Assembly (NCBI GenBank): GCA_010909165.1
Contig: MU008160.1
Span: forward strand, 1,364,001 to 1,428,000
Direction: 5' to 3'
Source of the DNA: Anthoceros angustus
Lineage: Eukaryota > Plantae > Anthocerotophyta
DNA: 64,000 bases
A program made the position numbers and the translations under genes. Shown here piece after piece: positions 1-10,022 of the stretch; positions within the stretch are counted from its first letter, which is position 1; every line of letters begins with the position of its first letter. The notes below the pieces were generated by a model. The model did not search any database and was not told the origin of the DNA. It saw only the letters and a list, made by a program, of their open reading frames with translations.

Positions 1-105
1 GCGCAGTGCGTGCACCGACACCTTGAGCTGCTCGTATCTCTGCAGCCTGTCGCCTGCCGATGCGTCGTCCTCCGTGGGCGGAAGCAGCAGACCCCTGCTC
101 TGCAT
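1..105 (-). CDS. 5' part of an unidentified gene running off the window (MQSRGLLLPPTEDDASAGDRLQRYEQLKVSVHALR...)
   Basis: ATG at 105-103 with an open frame to the window edge. It is preceded by an 80-nt GTGAGT...TTTCAG intron-like segment (186..107), consistent with a 5'-UTR intron. No family recognised. Confidence 0.4.
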   Translation of the reverse strand, partial: MQSRGLLLPPTEDDASAGDRLQRYEQLKVSVHALR

Positions 106-457
106 TCTGAAATCCGACGGCATTGTCCCTGTTTGTCCTCGATGTCTGAATTGCCCTTCACCATGATTGCCCAGATTGATACTCACGCATCTTCATGCCG
201 TTGGAGGCATTCGCAGGAAGCAAGCTTGAAGCATGGCCGTTACTTCACACTCACTCTAAGATAAAGAGTCTGTTGGCAGACAACGCTGTAACCTCCAGTT
301 CGAACCCGTCCAGGACTTGCGACTTTGATAGATACAGCTCGTCTTCTACACTGGTAGTTCTCCCCGACCCTGATACGGAGGGAAGCAGCAAGGAGGTGAA
401 CGTGGGAAGGAACAGATTGGTAACGAGGAATTGTACAGTCCTGCAGCCTGAGACATT

Positions 458-2132
458 CTAATTCAAATCTGCTTTGTAGTTTGGCTTCTCTCCTTGGCAA
501 AGATATTCATCACAAGAGTTTGCAGTGCCCCACTCCCGCCGTAGTCTCACGATATCGTTGCTGAACGTAGATCCAGCAGTCCCGATGAAGGAGGTGGCTA
601 GCGCATGAATGGTCTTGTCAAGCATGCCCATCACCTGCAACCCGGAAGCTCACTCTTTTAGGCAAGCAACGCAAGGTGGAGATGCTGAACTCGACATACA
701 AGGAGATGGATGGATGACTTATACCTCCGAACTCTTGTCCAGCCCGTGCTTCACCAGCAGAGAATCCCACTTCACACGAGAGTCGTGCTCGGGTCTGGTG
801 ATTGCAGGGATAGGTTTGCCGGCTTCCATGAGCATGGCTTTCAACAGGTCGATCTCAGACGGAGCTGCATCTGAGGAGATGAACACGACTGAAGCATTTG
901 TTGCCTGGAGTCGTCGAAGTATGCAGCCTGCAGCTTGAGGGATCGGGAAGAAGCAGTCTTCGGGGTTGGTATTGCTGCACATGGTTTTAACTCACCGTGT
1001 GTTAAGCAGTGGAAGAGACGAGAACTCTCAATTCTGCTACCATGCCCCGTGACAGATTCTGCAGGAGGGAAGAAGGAACTCACCAGAACATCAACCATCC
1101 GTGTCTCCGGAAGTGGAACGACAGGAAGTTATTTCCCAGATAAGTCTGGATAAAGCGCTGTGCAGTGAGCACGATGAGCCTGCTAGGCTGGATGATGGTC
1201 TTGCAGGCTGGACGTGCAAGAGGCCCTCCAGCCTGCTGCTGCCAGCTCTGCTCCACATCAGCGTAAAACACATCTCCAATAGCAATGACCTCATCTTCCA
1301 CACCGAACTTGGCTAGGAAATCATCCAACCCTGGGTGAGACGGTACACTGCTTCCCCCAAGTTCAGGATCACTCGGCCAAGCATCCTCCCACAAACCCCA
1401 GGTAACTCCTGCCGCCTTCAGCTTCGCCCGCTTATCCTCATCGAGATAACAATTCCGGAAATAGCAGATGAACCTGTCCACATTCACCTTCCCTCTCCCT
1501 GCTTCAAACTCATCAAACGTCAGCACCGTCCTGTTGCCTATGCAGGACTTGATATGGCCCACGTCGAGAGCACTGCTCATGTCGTACGCCCACACCTCAT
1601 ACCGCTTACTGGGCAGCACCAGACTCCGATTCAGCAGAGCCGCGAAGAACATATGCTTCTCCACGCAAATGAGCCGGTTGGAGAACTGCCCAGACACGCA
1701 CACGGCAAGCAGGAACCTCTCCTTCTCAGGCCGCCACACCACCTCCCGCCTTCCCCCCGCCTCCCCAGCCTCAACCTTGTGGCAATGTGCGCCGCCCACA
1801 ACCGGAGCCTGCCCCCCGCTCACCGAGTCAACATTCCCTAAGCTCTCCTTCAGCGTCTGTTGCATCCTCCTGTTCAATTCAAGCTGCGCCAGAATTCCAC
1901 TCCCCACCTCCTCCATCCCAGGAACGCTTCCAGTAGCCGTACGGAGCTCCAAGATCCCTTTCTCCTGCTCCTTCAGCATCGACAACACGCCCAGCTCTGC
2001 GTGCATCACCTGCCTCCCCATGCTCACCGTGCCCTCGCCTGCAGACCAGACATTGCGCTGGCTGGTGGTGGTGAGGTACAATGCCAGCAGCAGCGCGGGA
2101 AAGAGCACCATCAGGTAATACCGCTTGTCCAT
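458..2132 (-). CDS. OFUT36: O-fucosyltransferase family protein (OFUT36/At5g50420-like, type II membrane glycosyltransferase), 3 exons
   Basis: Exons 2132-1084, 974-725 and 634-458 join in phase at GT-AG sites. N-terminal TM; motifs SGQFSNRLICVEKHMFFAALL, HFRRHGW..FC, CFFPIPQAA, MLDKTI.A.AT.FIG..GSTFS.DI.RLR..WG, CDEYLC. Confidence 0.88.
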
Positions 2133-2234
2133 CCTCTTCCTTCCCGCTTGCAAATTCCTCAAATTCCTTGCCTCACAGAAAAGGGACACCTACTGAAGAA
2201 CGAAAGAAAGACGGGTGCTCGCAATCAAAGCAGC

Positions 2235-3275
2235 CTAGCCATCCAGTTGCCCCGGCACCGGCACCGGCAACGGCCAGGGCAAGGGCAAGGGCAAAGCTTC
2301 CTGGAACTTCCGGCGCAGGCGAGCCTTGAGCCCGGCGTCGGCGAAGGTGTAATCGATGGCGCTCTCCGCCAGCAGCCTGAGGTCCTCGAGAGACAGCCCG
2401 AAGCAGGAGGCGGCTAGGGCGTACTCCCGGGAGAGAGTGGTACGGAAGACGGAGGAGTCGTCGGTGCAGAGGAGCATGGGGTGCTGGACCTGCCAGAGAG
2501 CGCGGAAGTGATGATCCGCCAAGGACGCCATGCTGTTGGTGCGGAGGTTGGAGGTGAAGCAGACCTCGACGGGGATCCTGGACAGCAGCAGCGACTCCCA
2601 CTCGGAAGCTTCCAGGCAGCAGACATGACCGAGGCGGTCGGGGCGGAAGCGCAGCATGTCGCGGACCTCCGGGCCGGACCCCGGGATCTCCCCGCAATGG
2701 AGCGTGACGGGCAGCCCCTGCGCCCGAGCCCAGGCCAGCGCCGGGAGCCAGGATCCCCAGGCCCCGCGCGCCGGGTTCCCGGACAGGTCCACCCCGACCA
2801 CGGGCTTCCCTTGCGCGCGCAGCTCCTGCGCCAGCCGCACCGTCTCCATGGCCTGCGCCTCGCTCTCCCGCCGGTCGATGCTGAGCAGGAGGCGGCAGAA
2901 GCACTTGGAGTCTGCGTCCGCCATGGCCATCCCCGCCAGCACCGCCTCCGCGTACGAGCGCTTGCTCATGGCCGCGCCAGGGATGCTCTTGGGCGTGGTG
3001 CGGAGCTCCAGGTACACGACATTGTCGGCTGCGAAGTCCTGCACCACCTCGGCCGCGATGCGCTGCACCGTGTTATGATCCCGGATCACGCTGTGGATGG
3101 CGTCGAACAGTCTGAAGCAGTCCGCCAGCGTGCGCTCCGGCTTCCTCACCAGGGCCTGGACGTCATCCAGGCTCCCCGCCCTCGCCGCCAGCTCCAAAAG
3201 CGTCGCCTCGCGGATGCAACCGTTCATGTGCGCGTGCACCTCCACCTTCGGCAGCGCCCGGCACGCCGCCTCCAT
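2235..3275 (-). CDS. MAPDA: N6-methyl-AMP deaminase / adenosine deaminase-like protein, intronless
   Basis: 346-aa ORF with LPKVEVHAH.NG (HxH), YLELRTTPK, RLLLSIDRRE, GVDLSGNP, TLHCGE, R.GH, PVEVC.TSN and LCTDD: a complete amidohydrolase metal site. The Pro-rich tail comes from GCACCG/GGGCAA hexamer repeats. Confidence 0.93.
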   Translation of the reverse strand: MEAACRALPKVEVHAHMNGCIREATLLELAARAGSLDDVQALVRKPERTLADCFRLFDAIHSVIRDHNTVQRIAAEVVQDFAADNVVYLELRTTPKSIPGAAMSKRSYAEAVLAGMAMADADSKCFCRLLLSIDRRESEAQAMETVRLAQELRAQGKPVVGVDLSGNPARGAWGSWLPALAWARAQGLPVTLHCGEIPGSGPEVRDMLRFRPDRLGHVCCLEASEWESLLLSRIPVEVCFTSNLRTNSMASLADHHFRALWQVQHPMLLCTDDSSVFRTTLSREYALAASCFGLSLEDLRLLAESAIDYTFADAGLKARLRRKFQEALPLPLPWPLPVPVPGQLDG

Positions 3276-3572
3276 CCCCGCCCCCTTCCGAGGAACAACT
3301 CGATCTTCACACCAAGCAGCAATCAGAAAATTCGAAGATTGTTATAACTGCAAAATTTGAAGTATCTACATCACATTACCAGAAAATGGAACGAATGGCT
3401 ATCATAATCCGCGAGCTGAAATTAGGTCGCTCGTGGCTGGAAGAAGAGGGGACTCACTAGCATTGGTGACTGCCGCCGGCCTTCCTAGACATATGTACCA
3501 TGTGACGACATCGATTGTGCCATCAGCCGTCTCCAGTTCTTCTCCACAGCTGTGAAATTCAACCTACAGACA

Positions 3573-5524
3573 CTAGTGTGCAAGAGTAGCAGCAGCATCA
3601 GGACTTTCTTGGCCCCGGGCACTGAGCTCGTCGTAGAACATCTTCACCTTGGGATCGACCTGGATCTTCCTCCTGTCCAGACCTCGGAGTCGCAACCCCT
3701 CGAGGCTTTTCACTCTGGAGAGGGCAACGTACACCATGCCCACACCGAATGACCTTGACAGATCTGTCTCCACCTTGTCCAGAGTCATGCCTTGGCACTT
3801 GTGGACGCTGAGAGCCCATGCCAGGGACAGAGGGACTTGCGTCCTCCTGGCTAGCTCGTAATCTCCTTCCGTGATGCTCCAGGGCTCTGGTCCCATCACT
3901 CTGGGTGTGGGATCACCTGCAAACTCCACCACCGGCCACATGCCGCAGGGGCTATGGAACTTCACGAATGGAGCTGCCGAGGGGTTATCTGTAGGGCAGA
4001 AGCCGACCACCACCCCTCTGGCTCCGTTCACCAGGCCCACCCCCGTCTCCAGGTTCTTCAGTAGCATCACTTGTGCCCCGACGCAGAGCCGGATCGTCTG
4101 ACTCACGCCCAGCTTCTCCACCATGTCCTCTGCTCGCTTGTTTCTGACGAAAATCTCATCCTTCGCAGGAAAGGCATATTTCTGCCCTTGCAGTGACTCC
4201 AGATTCACTTCGTTCTCCTGGCCCACCTGATTCTTGTGCGGGTACAGCTTAGTGTAGCCAACTCTGGCTCCATCCACCATTTTTTGACTATCTGTACAAC
4301 TGAGAAGCCGTTGATAGGTTCTGTCAGAACAAGATCCTCTGCGTATTTCGTTCAGCATGGACACGAAGTCCTGGTCTGCCTGCCTGAAGACCTGCGTGAG
4401 TTCAATCTGCAGGTCGAAGCACTGCCTCCAAGTGGCTGCCTCGAAAGCAAACCCTTTCCGCTCGATAGGCGGGAGCTGGAAGAAATCTCCAGTGACCACA
4501 AGCTGTATGCCCCCGAAAGGACGGCTACTCTTCTTCACAGCTCTGCCGATGTACTCCAGTTTATCAAAGAACTGGCCGTCTATCATACTTATCTCGTCAA
4601 CAACAAGCGCGCGAGCCCTGGCCCATCGTGACCTGGCCTCGTGCTTCCTCCTGTCATTCAGCTCACTCGCAAGTGCCTCCTTGCTCTTCTCCCCGGGCAT
4701 CACTCCAGCAAACGAATGCAGCGTAGTTCCTCTCAAAGCACACGCCGCCAGGCCAGTGGACGCCGTCACAAACACCGTGTCCGGACCATGCATCATTTTC
4801 AAAATCCGTATAGCAAAATCCAGCAAGAAACTCTTCCCAGTCCCCGCAGATCCCGTCACAAAAACAGACTTCCCCTCTTGGATTGCCCTAAGCACCTGCA
4901 TCTGCTGCTTCGACGGCGCAGCCTCCAACTTCTTCACAACTTCTTCCCTCCCGCTCTGAGCTAATCCCGCCACAGCTCCAGGTTGCACGCCTACTCCCTC
5001 CACTTTCATCCTCTTCCCGGGCCCGGCCTCCGCAGCATCACCAGAATCAAACCTTCCAAAGCTCTGGCCAGGCACAGGCCGCCTCCTTACCGACCTCCAG
5101 CCATCCCCGCTCTCAACCACGCAACTCCGGTCCTCCGAAAACCTAGCTTCAGGCACGGCGTCCAGGCAGATCGGATTCCCTTCACAACCTCCTCTAGACT
5201 GCATCCCTCCGGCCTCCCTCCCGCTCAGATCTTGTTGCAAACAAAATGCTGCAAATTCACATCCAAAACACGCAAATGTCAGCACCGCATTTCCCTCAAT
5301 CCCGTACGTCATGGACGCCTCCAACCACAGCCACCTTGAGCAGAAGTCGGTTCCGCCAGCGGAAGCACACGAGCCGTGCGCTGCTGGATCTGCAGGCGCC
5401 GCGAAAGGGCCATCTCCCTGTGCCTGGCCATACGCTGCATCTGCTCCTTGGTGATGGACTTTTCCGCCGCTCGGGGCCCTGGAGCGTCATCGTCGCTGTC
5501 CTCCAGAACCACCACCTGCGGCAT
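3573..5524 (-). CDS. PIF1: PIF1-family SF1B 5'-3' DNA helicase (cellular type), probably 2 exons
   Basis: Motifs GSAGTGKS, DEISM, GDFFQLPP, LTQVFRQ, LKNL...LVNGARGVV, QVPLSLAWALSVHKCQGMTL, YVALSRV. A predicted exon 1 (5524-5335, donor CAAG|GT) joins in phase 1 to acceptors at 5248 or 5230. Confidence 0.92.
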
Positions 5525-5879
5525 TGTGCGTGCCGCTGCCATCAAGCCCACTCCGCTCCGCTTCGCTCCGCACCAGGCCCCGTCTTCAGTCGATCAGCTC
5601 TATCGACCCCCGGGAAGTGCTGCTCCCGGGCCACCAAGCGATCCACACAAGCTCAAACTCGGAGAGGCGGGAAACAGGCCCCCACAGTTTCGGCCTTCTA
5701 GCTACTGTATGCAATTTCATACAGACCTTCGCACTTCATCACAAGTAAAAGCAAATGAAATTTCAAGTTCATTTTCATTATCTCATCCACAACCTTTGAG
5801 TCTTTCTAGTGAATGTGGAGACTTTATAAAAAGAACGAGATGGGAAATCCCATCTACCCCAAGATAAAAGGAGACAACC

Positions 5880-7860
5880 CACAACCACCCAGGCCAGGGG
5901 GCACACCTCCGTACTAATCTACCTCCAACCGCCCCCAAGATGTCGTCTTCCGAGATAGGGAAGGGCCTACTTACCACTGATGTCGCCGATGCCGCGTCTC
6001 CACCACTCGTGATCGTTCTAAAGATCGCAATGGCTAAATTTGCAGGGCGATAGAAACCCGTTACTTGAAATATGCCATGATACTGGAAAGGGGGAGGCCA
6101 ACCTCGCCCCTGTTGTTGTGATAGGCCCTTGCACACTCCTTGATGAAACGAGAGAAAACCTTACCCAAGGCCCCATGGGTTTCAATGGCAAGGGGGATGA
6201 AAATGAGATCTTGCTGCATGGGCCTGTACTTGCGCTCCCTTCCGCCCCCCAACCTGGAGGGTTGATGATGACATGGTCACTAACAAATCTCTCGTTCGGT
6301 CGGTGACAACTACGTCCCCAACCGAGACCTCGTCCCTCCGCATTAAGAAAAGGTCAACTCTGATACAAACGCCATTGAGTAGAGTATACTGCCACTCCTT
6401 GAAAGGGAAGAAACCACTCTCCTTGGCCATCAAGAGACGTCTCGGACGGCATCGTGTGTAGCAATACGCTGTCCACCCATTGGGCAACGCGCTCTGTGGG
6501 CCCCAGGGTCGTCGATGGAGGCCCCACGGCAGCAGGCCGGAAGAGAAGAGGCTAGTGGTTGGACCAGATCCGGCCGAAACCTCATCGCCGTAGAAAAAGA
6601 ATATGATGCGATTTGGAATGCCTAGATGCAAGGGCGGGCCAGAAGCTAAGAACTTGCACCCTTCCCTGAGCAAGAGCGAAGAGAGCTCTAGTAGGACGAG
6701 GAATAGATGAATCCAGAAGAACACCCTGCAGCATCTCCCCATAATGCTTCTCCTACAAACCCCGAAGCCCGTCTACGAGAAATGAGGAGACATAGCCTCC
6801 CTAGCTAGAGGGGCTAAGAGCTCCCTAGTCGACCTTAGGGACACTGGAGGGGGAAGCAGCCCTCTCAATTCCTACGACGAAATTCCCCAAGATGCTGCTA
6901 TCTCGGATAAGGAAGCGAGAGGCCAAAATCGGGGCCGAGAGGGCCCAGCTTCCTAGAAAAGGCGCTGGTGCCGAGGCCTCCATGGCCCAAAGACCTGCGC
7001 CACCAAAAGCAATAGCGAGGGATGCATGTCGCCGCGCCAGGTTTCCGGCCGCACATTCGAAGGAACCTGGGCCGATAGTGTCTCCCATAGACTGCATAAC
7101 CAGCTTGTCGAAATCTCCGATGTGGGCTTCTCCGTAGCCCAAAGCTTGCTGGCCCCCAACACCCGTGAAATCCTTTGGGGGGTCACCTCCTGCACCATAG
7201 TTGTAGCTAGGATAAAGAGCTCTGAAAAATCATAAGAAGGATCCTCAAGAGAGAAGTAGTCACGGAGGTGATCATAGACAGTTCTAGAAAGACCCCCAGA
7301 AGAGAGCCGCAGGGCGATAGTTAGAGCGCGACCAAAAACCACCCTGTTTCGATGGAAGGGCTCCTCAGCCACAAACTCCAAGATATCCGATAGGATGGGG
7401 AACATTTGGAGCTGGGTGAAGGGCCCGAAGAGAAGCAATAGTCTCCTCAGACGCCGGAGCCACGGCTCAAAACTCAGTACCCCTAGCATACCGCCACGCG
7501 ACCAAGCGGAAGCACCTTTGAGACGCTACCAGGGGTCTTGACAAACCTGATCAAGTTTAGCCGACTCCAACCTCGATCGAGCAGTACAACCACCTTCTTC
7601 ATGAAGAGCTTGCCAGTCCCCGGCCCGGAAACGGCGGAGCCGGGAGGCAACCTCCATGTGGCCTAAATTCCCACCTCTAGAGCGACGGAGACACCACCTG
7701 GGGAAGAAAAGGAGCAAAGTCCACGTAGACCAAAGTCTTGCTCCGGGTGGACCACATTTACAAGTCTTGACAAGTGGGCCGTTAGGCACCCCATTTTGAC
7801 ACACATCCATTTAGAACCTCCGTGTCTCTTTCACTTGTCACTCCTCACAAGAGGACTTCT
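5880..7860 (-). mobile_element. Degenerate, internally deleted CRE-clade (R2-group, REL endonuclease) non-LTR retrotransposon
   Basis: Frameshifted fragments in order: W.LLL.PRWCLRRSRGG...RLRRFRAGDWQAL; LGASKLWATEKP (start of RT); RHASLAIAFGGAGL..ME..AP.PFLGSW; CCHC knuckle C.C.G..DDPGAHRARC..GGQRIATHDAVRDV; R.D...DVVV and ERKY...FIPLAIETHGALG (restriction-like endonuclease). RT core absent; ends approximate. Confidence 0.8.
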
Positions 7861-7969
7861 TGGTACATGATCTTAAGTACATACTATGGCTCCTCTACTT
7901 TGGTATGGAGCAATGCCTGCGGACTTCGATAAATTTCTCATGTCGTATGCCAAGTCCTACCACGCCCGC

Positions 7970-8048
7970 AAGCATGGCGCGGGGTTGTCCCTTTCTTATT
8001 TTATAACTTAGTTATGAAATAAGAAAGGGACAACCCCGCGCCATGCTT
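7970..8048. repeat. 79-bp near-perfect palindrome (39-bp arms, 1-nt spacer, one mismatch)
   Basis: AAGCATGGCGCGGGGTTGTCCCTTTCTTATTTTATAACT-T-AGTTATGAAATAAGAAAGGGACAACCCCGCGCCATGCTT, read directly. Confidence 0.97.
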
Positions 8049-8569
8049 AGGGTAAGTCTTACATCAGTCAGTGAGTCTCCATTGCCCTTCAAAGGGCCCT
8101 CTCGACGGCAATCCTTCATAAGGCAACGACGGCATGTGACACTTCTTCCTCTTCCTCCGTAGTTTGCGGGCCATTTTGTTCTTCCTGCATATGATGTTGT
8201 AGGAGCAATAGATAACTTTAGGTAAGGAGCTTAATTGCTCCTTTTCACCTTGACCTCGGGGTCCACCTTTGTTGTCCTCTGTTGGATGGATTTTTCCCCA
8301 TCGTTTTTGCCCTCAATAAAACGTACATTCTTTTGGTATGACTTTTACGATCTCTCTCAAACTGTCGAATGTAGAAGTACTTAGGGAGAGTCCTTGTATG
8401 ATTTGTCCCTTCAAGCCTCATAGTTGTAGAAGCTTCTAGTACTAAGTTGCAAGACTATCACAACAAAGTTTCAATTCTAAGTTAACTCCAATATTATACT
8501 CTAAGTCTAAAATGACACTAGTTGTACTAACTTATAGTTGGTGTTCTAATTTGGAAGACCATTAGGATA

Positions 8570-9745
8570 TCAAGGTCTGAGGTTGGTAATTAATGGATAT
8601 ATTAATATTAGGTAGCTAGAGATTACTGACCCATAGGACATTATGGTTTTTGAGATTTGAGGTTGGTGATATGTATTAATATTAGGTAGTCGGTTATCAG
8701 GGCATCAAGATCTAAGGTTGGTAATTAAGAAATGCATTAACATTAGATAGCCTGAGATTGCTGTTGTTAAAGAGAACCTCTACACTAAAAAACGATTATC
8801 GAGTTGAGACTGTTGATTCATATGCCCGCTATTACCAACTACATAGGCTAAATGATTAGACTTTCTCATACTAATAGGGGAATGGGAATCCATATGCCTG
8901 CTATCTCCAATTAGGCTAAAAGATTAGACTTTCTCATGCTAATAGAGGAATGGGAATCCATGCTTCCATATGACCACTATCCCCAACTAGACTAAATGCT
9001 TGGACTTTCTCATGCTATGGGTATAAAAAATAATTTCTTCATATGCCTGCTATCCCCAATTATGCTAAATGCTCAATTGTCCAAATGATTTAGGCCAAAT
9101 GGACACACATTTATAAGAAGGCCGATGTTAAGCATCTTGGGTCTCAGATCGATACTTAGATGGGGTGCCTAGAGGGTGTGGATGCCCTTGGCGCAAGTAG
9201 CTTAGGCATCCTTAGATGAGGTGCCTATAGGGAATGGATGCCATTATGGTACAAGTAATTTGTACCAAGTCCTAAGACATATTATTTTTACTAAGGATAA
9301 TATATTTAAAAAAAGCGTACCATTTTCTTATAAGGAGTATATACTATATATTCAAAAGTTTGCAGGATAGTAAAAGAGTGTATGCTATATATTTAAAAGT
9401 TCATAGAATAGTAAAAGAGTGTATACTATATGTTTAAAAGTTCGAGAACGCTAAAAGAGTGTATATTGTATATATAAAAGTTTGGAGAAGAGTAAAACAT
9501 GCCCACAATACAAAAGTATACGTCGACCTCGGGGACGTGGTTAGCAGGATTCCAACATGCACGGGCGAACCCACATGATTTCTAGTCATGCCCGATACAA
9601 CAAACAAAAAATTTATTTCAATTTCTAATTATGTCCGATACAACAAACAAAAAGTTTATTTTAATTTCTAATCATGCATGATACAACAAATAAACAATCT
9701 ATTTTAATTTTTAATCATGCCCAATACAATAAAAAATATATATTT
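8570..9745. repeat. AT-rich patchwork of short degenerate tandem arrays (~70-bp units near 8820-9070, ~41-bp units 9331-9497, ~43-bp units 9589-9740)
   Basis: Recurring AGGTTGGTAATTAA, TAGGCTAAA.GATTAGACTTTCTCAT, AAAAGAGTGTATACTATAT and GATACAACAAACAAAAA units. Probably non-autonomous TE interior. Confidence 0.75.
9129..9289 (+). repeat. Dispersed repeat, homologous to 52683-52963
   Basis: TAAGCATCTTG..CT.AGATCG.TACTTAGATGGGGTGCCTA.AGGG.GTGGATGCCCTT...CAAGTAGCTT.GGCA is shared with the copies at ~52.7-52.96 kb. Confidence 0.9.
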
Positions 9746-10022
9746 TAAGTCCACTAATAACAGACATGGGACTCAGTACTCCAGCAACTTGCTCCATGGA
9801 GTAAAATAGGTTAGGTACCCCATCCAAGTCTTGTTTTAGTGTAGAGCGCTTAACTACAACGTTCTTAAAGTATGAAGCGGACTACAAAAGAACAATAATT
9901 GTATCATTTTGCCGACAGGTCTAATTTGGAATCCTGGATGACTGTGAGCAGTTTGGCCAACAGCAACTGTCGCACGAGCTCTCGAATGAAGCTCTATGGC
10001 CAGCTAGCTTGCCCGTATCAGG

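Noticed and set aside
2481-3347. Long antisense or alternate-frame ORFs here and at 46824..47501, 60075..61118 and 37604..38203
   Set aside because: Shadows of GC-rich coding sequence on the opposite strand or frame, with no independent motifs.
3573-5324. PIF1 as a Helitron Rep/helicase
   Set aside because: No HUH Rep domain. Motifs (DEISM, GDFFQLPP, HKCQGMTL) are of the cellular type, not Helitron-type (DEAPM, GDFRQ, INKSQGQ), and the gene is intact within a gene-dense block.
9555-9586. Possible Helitron 3' end (GGGCGAACCC hairpin then CTAG|T)
   Set aside because: The stem is only 3-4 bp and no 5' TC end could be identified; insufficient evidence.
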